Shown here: in pieces, positions 54,290 through 64,000 of the stretch | How the letters are laid out: each line of letters starts with the position of its first letter | Numbering within the stretch: position 1 is the stretch's first letter | Source: Mobula hypostoma | Lineage: Eukaryota | Length of the DNA: 64,000 bases | Direction: 5' to 3' | Assembly: GCF_963921235.1 (NCBI RefSeq) | Contig: NC_086097.1 | Location: 236,966,001 to 237,030,000 of the forward strand | The notes under the pieces: generated by a model | What the model was told of the DNA's origin: nothing | Seen by the model: the letters and a program-made list of their open reading frames with translations, nothing else | Databases searched by the model: none | Position numbers and translations under genes: made by a program

Positions 54290-54716
54290 GTCAGAATCAG
54301 AATCAGAATTAAAACCGGAATCAGATTTAACATCACTGGCATATAACATGAATCTTTTTGTTATGTGGCAGCAGCACGTTGCAATGCACAATTACTATAT
54401 ATACAATTACTATATATATATATAGGCATTCGTTAGTCTCGTGAGACCATGGATTTGCGCCTTGGAAGGTTTCCAGGGTGCAGGCCTGGGCAAGGTTGGA
54501 TGGAAGTTGCCCATGTTGCAAGTCTCCCCTCTCCACGCCACCGATGTTGTCCAAGGGAAGGGCACTGGGGCTGATACAGCTTGGCACTGGTGTTGTCGCA
54601 GAGCAATGTGTGATTAAGTGCCTTGCTCAAGGAAACAACACGTTGCCTCAGCTGAGGCTCGAACTAACGACCTTCAGATCACTAGACGGATGCCTTAACC
54701 ACTTGGCCACGTGCCA

Positions 54717-54751
<35 letters not shown>

Positions 54752-55710
54752 TATATATAATTAAATAAATAGTGCACAAAGAGAAAAATGATGAGTTCAT
54801 GTTCACAGGTTCAATGTCCTTTCAGAAATCTGATGGCAGAGGGAAAGAAACTATTTCTGAATTGTTGTGTGTGTGCCTTCAGGCTCCTGTACCTCCTCCT
54901 TGATGGTATGAATGAGAAGAGGGCATGCCCTGTATGACGGGGGTCCATAATGATGGATGCCACCTTTTTGAGGCATCGCTCCTTGAAGATGTCCTGAATG
55001 CTGGGGAGGCTAGTGCCCATGATGGAGCTGACTAAATTTATAACTGTCTGTAGCTTATTTTGATCCTGTGCAGTGGCCTTTGCCCCAAACCAGACGGTGA
55101 TGCAGCCAGTTAGAATGCTCTTCACGGTACGTTTCCTACGATGGGAGTGTCTAAGACTAGAAGACACTGCCTCAGAATAGCGGGGTGTCCTTTTAGAATG
55201 AAGATGAGGAGGAATTTCTTTAGACAGAGAGTATTGATTCTGTGGAATTCATTGCCACAGAAAGCTGTGGAGGCCAAGTCACTGGGTATACTTAAGGCAG
55301 AGGTTGATAGATTCTTGATTGGGGCTGCGAGAAATAATGGATCAGTTATGATGAAATGGTGGAGCAGACTCAACGGGCCAAATGACCTAAATCTGCTCCT
55401 AAATCTTATGGTCTTATCGGTAGAAATTTGTGAATGTCTTTGGTAACATATAAAATCTCCTCATACTCCGAATGAAATATAGATGCTGTTGTGCCTTCTT
55501 TGTAACTGTATCGATATACTGGGCCAGGATAGATCCTCAGAAATGTTGACACCCGGGAACTTGAAATTGCTCACCCTTTCCACTACTGATACCTCGATGA
55601 GGACTAGTATGTGTGCTCTCGTCTTCCCCTTTCTAAAAAGTCCACAATCAGTTTTTGGCCTTACTGACGTTAGTACAAGATTGTTGCTGCAACACCACTC
55701 AACTGGCTGA
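54290..55710 (-). mobile_element. Rex1/Babar-like LINE 3' part containing a SINE (54424-54719) and a CR1 fragment (about 55135-55416, +)
   Basis: SILTGCITVWFG...HTGHALFSFIPS.RRYRSLKAHT..FRNSFFPSAIR; (tctgat)n tail. Confidence 0.85.
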
Positions 55711-57525
55711 TCTATCTATCTGTCATTGGACAGTATTAAGCACAGGTTCTTTCCTGATGCTGCTTACATTTAAAATCTATGTTGGTTCAGCTTGCCAGTG
55801 GAACAACTATATTCACAACAAATAATTTATTACCACTCAATTCTAATAATTTACAAACACTGTAGATTAAATAGCAGAATAGTTAATTGCCTGATGTTTA
55901 TCCCTGGTTTAGAATGTCTTCATGCCTATGTTATATTCTGCTTCCAAATTTTTCATGACAGGGCTTAACATATTGACACTACTATGTTATATGTTTAGCA
56001 CTTATATTCAACAATAAAATTAAAGTTCTAAGTTCAAAATAAATTTATTGTATTTTTACATTAATTTATGGACATTGCCATCCAATTTTGCTTCAATGGA
56101 TGCAATCTCTACCTAAATTGTGTAATTGTTGAGAATGCTTCATTATCAGGCTACAGTACTACAACATTAGAAGTTCTACCTACAGTAGAAAATTACATAT
56201 ATAGTCATGATTTCATTTAGTTAATGGCAATATGCTTAAACAAAATCACTCCAAACATAATTGATCTAATTTCCATCTTGATTAAATCAAATATTCACTG
56301 CAGTGGCAAAAAATAACCAAACTGCTGGAGGATCTCAGCAGGTCAGGTGCATCGTGGGAATGGTATGTTGGCGCCAGAATGTGTGGTGACACTTGTGAAC
56401 GGCCTCCAACACATCCTTAGGTTGAGTTGGTAGTTACCACAAACGACGCGTTCTATGCCATTTCTACCAGTTGTTATGTGATGGCATCACCAGTCACATC
56501 TCTACTTCTCCGCACCTTTCTGTTTTTAACTACTCTCTTTACTACTTCCTACTTTGCCTGTCACTCTCTTCCTTACCCATCCCTCAACCTCCCCAGGCAC
56601 TTTCCTCTTCATCCCAAGGAGGAGTCACGTCTGCTTTTACACATTCTCCCTCTCCATCAACCAGGAACTCAAACAGCCCTTCCTGCTGAGGCAGAGATTC
56701 ACGTGCGCCTCCTCCATCCTTGTCTACTGCATTTGGCTTCTTCTGCATAGGCAAGGCCAGGTGAGAACGAGGTGATCATTTTGCTACATGCCTGTGCTCT
56801 GTACACAATAGCCATTGTGAACCCCTCAGAGCATGCTATTTCATCGTTCTCCCCATTCTCACACCAACTTGTCCATCATCAACCTTCCTGAATGCCAGAG
56901 AGGGCCAAACACAAACTAGAACATACCTCATCTGTGAAGTTAAAAACCCAATGGTATAAGCATGGATCTTTCCAATTTCAGGTAACCGCAACTTGTGTTC
57001 TTTTTGCTCCCTTCTGATCCACACCAGCGTTCCCTTAATCACCAATTTTGTGAACCCACCCCACAGTTCCCTACAACCTAATTTTCCCTCTCCTCTCCCA
57101 CCTGCTCACCCATGTATTTAACCTAATGGGTCTCCTCTGCTCTCCACAGTTGTTCCATCCACATATCACCCCTCCCTTAGCTGGTTCTGGAATTTGCATT
57201 CCTTTGTTGCCTCTGTTTATCGCCTTGTAGACTCTGTCTCTGCCTTCATCTTCTCCTCCCTGCATCTGCACATCATCCCCCCCCTCACCTGTTGCCTGCC
57301 ACCTCTTATTTCATTCCTTCCTCTCTGCACTTTACCTTGGCTACTTCCCCTCTGCACCCAGCAGTGTAGGGTTTCCATCTAAAATATTAACGATTGCTCC
57401 ACTGCCGCAAAATTCTCCTGACCCATTGAGCTCCTCCAACATTTTTGTTTATTCAATCTTGATGCTCGTATCTGTAGATTGGGTGCGTCTCCAAGCAATT
57501 GGTGCATCCGACAAAATATTATTAC

Positions 57526-57705
57526 CTTTACATAGAGGTGCTGAGCCACTCCATGTACCATTGCTGAGACAGGAACGGACCACGGAAGCCTGAGAGTCCA
57601 TTGTGTAACCTGGTTGGCACATTTGTGTGACATTTTGTCCCACCGTAAAGTCATCCCCTAGTCTCATTCCGTTAGCTGGTACTCCAGGATCTCCACAGGT
57701 AATTA
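57526..57705 (-). CDS. CSMD3: CSMD3 exon, Sushi domain: (I)ITCGDPGVPANGMRLGDDFTVGQNVTQMCQPGYTMDSQASVVRSCLSNGTWSGSAPLCK
   Basis: ttccccag acceptor, G|gtaat donor; 180 nt, phase 1-1; in frame with neighbours. Confidence 0.94.
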
Positions 57706-58683
57706 CTGGGGAAGACCAGATTTGACACAAAAAATTTATCAGTCATGTGAAAGGGGAGATGAAACAATAATTCAAATACAAATCTTCTCGGCTTAGCAAA
57801 GCATTTTACCACAGTTAAGAGGCATGCACATGTGAAGAAAAGGACCACAGCAGCAAAAATAAGATGAAGGTGAATCGCTTAGACTTGTGCAAATTTTTTC
57901 CTTATAATAAATATTTTAAAATAGGCAAGGTGGAATTGATCTTTGACATCCTGAAAGATTTGGCTGGCAAAACTTAAGTATAAATTTAATTTTATTTATT
58001 TTATTTATTTATGACAGAACAGGCCCTTCCGGGCCAACAAACTACACCGCTGAGCAATTCACCTATTTAACCCTAGCCTAATCACAGGACAAATTACAAT
58101 GTCCAATTAACCTCCTTACTGGGGCATCTTTGGACTGTGGGAGGAAACCTTCATGGCCACGGGGAGAACAGAAAAACTCCTTAGAGACAGCGCTGGAATT
58201 GAAATTCAACTTCCGATGCCCCCAAGCTGTAATAGCATCACGCTAATCGCAACACTACCATGACTCCATTGTTCTAATAAAAATAGCAATGTGGAAGTAA
58301 ATATTTTAAAGTTCTGTACGAAAAAGTGAATTTTCAGTCTGAGTTTCAGATTGATCCAACATTATTTTTACTGACATTGAAAGAATTTGCAGCTCCTCAG
58401 GCTCACCCGGTCCCCAACTGGTTTGAATATACTTCATCAATGTTTTGAAAGAAGCCCAATCAACTCAAGGAGAATGGGAAGGGTTCAACTCTAATATACT
58501 TTTATTAAACTTAACAGTTAAGCAGTTCAATTGATTACTGGGGTGGCGGGGGGTTTAACATTTTTAAAACTGTGGACTTAAATCTTGATTTTAGAACATA
58601 GAAATCTGCAGCAAGCTACTGCCTGGAATTTCCCTAGTGCACAACCCTCTATTTTTCTAAGCTCCACGTACCTATTAAACTGC

Positions 58684-58910
58684 AAACACGAGGAAATCTG
58701 CAGATGCTGGAATTTCAAGCAACACACATAAAAGTTGCTTTTGAACGCAGCGGGCCAGGAAGCATCTCTAGGAAGAGGTACAGTCGACGTTTCGGGCCGA
58801 GATGCTACATCAGGAGTCCTGACGAAGGGTCTCAGTCCAAAACGTTGACTGTACCTCTTCCTAGAGATGCTGCCTGGCCTGCTGTGTTCACCAGCAACTT
58901 CTATGTGTGT
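58684..58910. mobile_element. Fold-back Penelope terminal module flanked by a 15-bp direct repeat
   Basis: Arms 58721-58815 and 58816-58911; tacctattaaactgc at 58669-58683 and 58911-58925. Confidence 0.88.
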
Positions 58911-59017
58911 TACCTATTAAACTGCTTCAGTTCCGATATCAAAAGCAACTTCGAAAGGATGCCCACATATCAAAAATTTCCCATACCCCAAAAACGCTGA
59001 TTCTGTTATTGACTTAC

Positions 59018-59194
59018 TTGTGCAATTAGGTATATTGTCTGACCAGGTACCATTAACTGTGCATTGCCTTGTTGCTGAACCAGAGAGTACGTATCCTTCT
59101 AGACAGGAGTACGCCACAGAGTTCGCGTATGATGTTCCATCAATCCAAAACACTTTGCCATTCGCTGGTGTCCCAGGGTTTCCACATTTGATAG
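59018..59194 (-). CDS. CSMD3: CSMD3 exon, Sushi domain: (A)IKCGNPGTPANGKVFWIDGTSYANSVAYSCLEGYVLSGSATRQCTVNGTWSDNIPNCT
   Basis: tttacag acceptor, A|gtaagt donor; 177 nt, phase 1-1; four-Cys CCP pattern with GxWS; resembles CSMD3 'CGNPGTTANGKVFRIDGTTF' as I recall it. Confidence 0.93.
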
Positions 59195-60382
59195 CTGTAA
59201 ATATTGATTTAAAGTGTATATGAAAACATAGAAATTGGATTATAAATTCATACCTTCTTGGAGTCATCCGTTATAACATATAAAAAAATGACCCATAATG
59301 ACTGAAATATTTGAGTATGATGTTAGAACATAGAACATGACAGTCCAGTGCAGGCCCTTTGGCCCACGAAGTTGTGATGACCTTTTAACCTACTCTATGA
59401 TAGATCTAACCCCTCCCTTCTACATAACACTCAATTTTTTCCGTAATCTATCTGCCTTTCTAAGAGTTTCTTAACTGCTCCCAATATATTTACCTCTACC
59501 ACAACCCATTGCAGGATGCTCCATGCATCCACCATTTTCTGTGTAAAGAACTTTCATCTGACAACCCCTCTAACACTTTTCTCCAATCATCTTAAAATTA
59601 TGCTACACACCGCTTCCCCCCCAACCTATTTCTGCCCAGGGAAAATAGTCTCTGGCCACCCACTCTAACTATGCCACTTGTCATCTTGTAAAGCTCTATC
59701 AAGTCACCACTCATCCTCCTTCTCTCCAAAGAGAAAAGGCTTCGATCACTCTGCCTGTCTTCAGAAGACATGCCCTCTGGTCTAGGCTGCAGGTTTTTAG
59801 TTTCTATTGTATCTGTCCTGTCCCAAATCTTCTTCACAGTAAGCTAAAAACACTCCCCCCGACCCAAGGATAAATTAACCTGATCAATACTGATCATTAG
59901 TAAAAACAAAGTGTATATTTTTATTGGATATTTAATTGCTCACGGGTAAAGCCCTTCCCACCATTGAGCACATCTACATGGAGCGATGTCGCAGGAAAGC
60001 AGCATCCATCATTGAGGTCCCCCCACTATCCGGGATATGCTCTCTTCTCACTGCTGCCATCAGGAAGAAGGTACAGGAGCCTTAGGACTCACACCACCAG
60101 GCTCAGGGACAGTTATTATCCCTGAACCATTAGACTCTTGAACCAAAGGGGATAACATCACTCAACCTCACTTGCCCCATCATTGAATAAACTCACAACT
60201 TATGCACTCTTTTTCACGGACTCTTCATATCATATTCTCAATATTTATTGCTTATTTATTTATTTATTATTATTATTTCTTTTTTCTATCTTTCTGTATT
60301 TGAGGAGTTTGTTGTCTTTTGCACACTAATTGTCCACCCTGTTGTTGTGGTCTTTCATAGACTCTATTATGATTATTGTACA

Positions 60383-61392
60383 TAGCTGGCCTGGCCAAAC
60401 AAGGAGCTTGTGACAAGATGGGAACACCTTAACATACAAACGAGTGCATGCAGAGTCAATCTTTCCAGCGGCATGTACACTTGGAGACCTAACAATGTTC
60501 TCAAAGTTGTAATAGAAGCGGTTGAGCAGAGAGTACTCCAGCACAACTTATCTCATGCCCCATGATGCACAGAACATCGCATATCATTTGTGAAAGAAGG
60601 CTCCAAGTCAAGGGTGTACAGCATAGGCTCACGATCAAGCATACTTTCTTCAGCCAATGAAAGGCAGTTTCCTGGAGCAAATTGCTTTCACCACATTGTG
60701 CTCAGATATAATCATATGGTCTGACACCAGTAGAGAAGGGGTTATTGGTGAACTCACAGTCCCCTGGGAAGACAACATCTATGAAGCCCATGAGTGCAAG
60801 TTAACTAAGTATGCAGAATTAAGATCAGAGTGCAGAGACAGAGGGTGGAAGGTCTCATGCTATCCATTCGAAGTACGTTTGTAGGTTGCCGTGGCTTTAT
60901 TGCATTCACTTTCCAGAAGTGGCCGCGTGACCTTGGCTTCACTAGAAAAGAGATCAAGTCAACCAGCAGGGCTGTAGCTGAGGCAGCAGAGACAGGATCA
61001 TCATGTGTGTGGACCAAGTACGTCCAGAGGGGCAGATAGTCGGACAGTATATCCATCTTTTGCAAACCCTTCAGTAATTGCATAGACACTTGAAGAGTAG
61101 ACTATCAACAACTCTGATAGAGGCACTTCCCACTGGTGAACTTAAAAACCTGGGCTCTGCCTCTATCAGAGTTGTTGGTCGCATCTATCCAACAGATAGT
61201 CTATTCTTCAGGTGTCTATGCAACTATTGATGGGTTTGCAAAAGATGGATACACTGGGACTATCTGCCCCTCTGGACACACTCTGGACGAGGGAGTCTTG
61301 ATTATAAGTGGGCCGAAACCCTTGAAGACAGGTGGCAGATCAACTGATGATCCCACTGGTGATAGCACAGGACAGTTAACATCTTAGCCCAA
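60383..61392 (+). mobile_element. HERO-like (R2-group, REL endonuclease) non-LTR retrotransposon 3' fragment
   Basis: Zinc-knuckle remnant SAC...GMYTWRPNNVL; DIIIWS..GELTVPWEDNIYEAHECKLTKY..L..EC...GWK...PFEV / GCRGF...AEAAETGSSCVW. Confidence 0.8.
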
Positions 61393-61919
61393 GTGTATTT
61401 GCAATTCATTGCCCACAAGAAAATGAATCTCAGGATTATACATATGTACTTTGATAATAAATTTACTCTGAGCTTGAGGTATTCTATACAACAAATGGCA
61501 AAGCAAGATGTAGATTGTCAATCGAAAAACTGTTGTAACAGTGCAGATGTTAGATATCTGTTAGAATTGCTTCATAACTTATGATGCTTACATTTTATAT
61601 CACATGCCAGATAATATTTTGCTTTCAATTTAATCTTCCCAGCATTTAAATGTTTTTTTATTAACTACATTACTATTGGTTTAAACCTAATTTGGTCCTG
61701 CGATAAATCATTTTAAGTGGAACTTCACCTGTTGAACCCAATACGAGATGCTCAGCAAATAATTCAACGGGGTATTCGGAACACCATCTCAAAATGTGTA
61801 ATTGATAGTGTGAATTGTGTGAGGATAGCCATAGGTTTCAAGGAGAGATGAACAGGGTGATAGATTGGGCAGATAATTGGTGTATGAAATCTAATGCTGA
61901 GAAACAGTAGAGTTAGACA

Positions 61920-63045
61920 ATCAAAATCAAGTTTATTATCATCGGCATGTGACGTAAAATTTGCTAACTTAGCAGCAGGAGTTTAATGCAATACATAATC
62001 TAGCAGAGAGGAAAAAAATAATAAGAATAATAAACAAGTAAATCAATTACGTATATAGAACCGATTAAAAAAAAGTGCAAAAACAGAAATACTGTATATT
62101 AAAAAAAAGTGAGGTAGTGTCCGAAGAATCAATGTCCATTTAGGAATCAGATGACAGAGAGGAAGAAACTGTTCTTGAATCACTGAGTGTGTGCTTTCAG
62201 GCTTCTGTACCTCCTACCTGATGGTAACAGTGAGAAAAGGGCATGCCCTGGGTGCAGGAGGTCCTTAATAATGGACGCTGCCTTTCTGAGACACCACTCC
62301 CTGAAGATGTCCTGGGTACTTTGTAAGCTAGTACCCAAGATGGAGCTGACTAGATTTACAACCTTCTGCAGGTTCTTTCGGTCCTGTGCAGTAGCCCCTC
62401 CACACCAGTGATGCAGACTGTCAGAATGCTCTCCATGGTACAACTATAAAAGTTTTTGAGTGTATTTTTTGACATGCCAAATCTCTTTAAACTCCTCATA
62501 AAGTATGGCCGCTGTCTTGCCTTCTTTATAACTACATCGATATGTTGGGACCAGGTTAGATCCTCAGAGATCTTGACACCCAGGAACTTGAAGCTGCTCA
62601 CTCTCTCCACTTCTGATCCCTCTATGAGGATTGGTATGTGTTTCTTCATCTTACCCTTCCTGAAGTCCACAATCAGCTTTTTTGTCTTACTGACGTTGAG
62701 TGCCAGGTTGTTGCTGTGACTCAACTCCACTAGTTGGCATATCTCAATCCTGGATGCCCTTTCGTCACCACCTGAGATTCTACCAACAATGGTTGTATTG
62801 TCATCAAATTTATCGATGGTATTTGAGCTATGCCTAACCACACAGTCACGTGTATATAGAGAGTAGAGCAGTAGGCTAAGCACACACCCCTGAGGTACGC
62901 CAGTGTTGATCGTCAGCAAGGAGGATATGTTATCACCAATCCGCACAGATTGTGGTCTTCCGGTTAGGAAGTCAAGGATCCAATTGCAGAGGAAGGTGCA
63001 GGGGCCCAGGTTCTGCAACTTCTCAATCAGGGTTGTGGGAATGAT
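61920..63045 (-). mobile_element. Rex1/Babar-like LINE RT and 3' end
   Basis: [64 protein letters not shown]. Confidence 0.88.
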
Positions 63046-64000
63046 GGAAAACAACACACACAAAATGCTGGAGGGACTCAGCAGGTCAGGCAACATCTCT
63101 GGAGGGAAATGAACAGACAATATTTCAGTGTCCTGATGAAGGGTCTTGACCCAAAAAAATCACCTGCTTATTTCTTACGAAAGATATTGTCAGACCTGCT
63201 GAGATCCGCCAGCATATTGAGTGTGTTGCTCCAGATTTCCAGCATCTGCCAGAATCTCTTGTGTCGAGGGACAATATAACCTAGCAGACACCTGGGATAT
63301 AAAATTAATTGATAATTACAATTTCAAACATTTTGACAAAGTCATCCCAAACTGGAAGAATGCAACGTCATCATCTTTATGTGCTGTGTTGTATGACGTG
63401 GCCGATCAGGATCTTGACCATGATTGTTCTTGGCAAATTTTTCTACAGAAGTGGTTTGCCATTGCCGCCTTCTGGGCAATGTCTTTACAAGACGGATGAC
63501 CATTATCAACACTCTTCAGAGATTGACTGCCTGGTGTCATGGTCGCATAACCACGACTTGTGATAAGCACCAGCTACTTATACGACCTGCTGCCATGGCT
63601 TCACATGACCCTGATTGGGGGGCTAAGCAGGTGTTACACATTGCCAAAGGGTGACCCGCAGGCTAGTGGAGGGAAGGAGTGCCTTACAGATCCTTTGGTA
63701 GAGGCATATCTCTAGAGAATATAACAGTTACTCTAAAAGGACATTACCATCCTTCAGGTCAATCTGTGAAGCAAGAGGAAGGGAAATGAAACATACTGAA
63801 AGCTATCAATCGATCAAAAACAACTTCATAAAAGCAAAGCACTAACTTTTCAGAGTTTGATCAATGCAATGCTTCTGTACAGAGTGCTCATCTAGTTCTG
63901 GTGTTTGCTCATAACTTCTGCAGAAAACACTAATCACTGGAGAAATAAGTTCATTGAGTTCAACATAATTCAGCAGTCAACTATATATAAGATTAAGAGG

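Noticed and set aside
59195..64000. Additional upstream CSMD3 Sushi exon
   Set aside because: No CCP-like reading frame with splice sites found; the next exon probably lies right of the window

Overview
Eukaryotic (vertebrate) genomic DNA. The repeat set (CR1/HER1-type LINEs, HE1/V-SINE-like SINEs, Penelope-like elements, Rex1/Babar-like LINEs, Tc1 MITEs) suggests a cartilaginous fish, probably a ray; this is an inference. The window lies inside one minus-strand gene. Eleven GT-AG exons (59194 down to 1421; 1494 nt, 498 codons) splice in frame and encode the last Sushi/CCP domains and the membrane-proximal ectodomain of CSMD3. The transmembrane and cytoplasmic exons fall off the left edge. 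The rest is intron, densely filled with mostly decayed and often nested retroelements, which explain nearly all ORFs in the track. The most interesting signals are: (i) short Penelope-derived modules carrying a minimal hammerhead-ribozyme motif, two of them flanked by exact 15- and 19-bp direct repeats, and one a fold-back about 107 nt from a CSMD3 donor; (ii) a HERO-like (REL endonuclease) retroelement remnant with a ~256-nt hairpin across its stop codon; (iii) a CSMD3 acceptor whose upstream splice signals come from a LINE tail; (iv) a 33-bp minisatellite expanded inside a Tc1-type element. Exon coordinates were read base by base. Repeat boundaries are approximate, and family names come from recognised motifs, not database searches.
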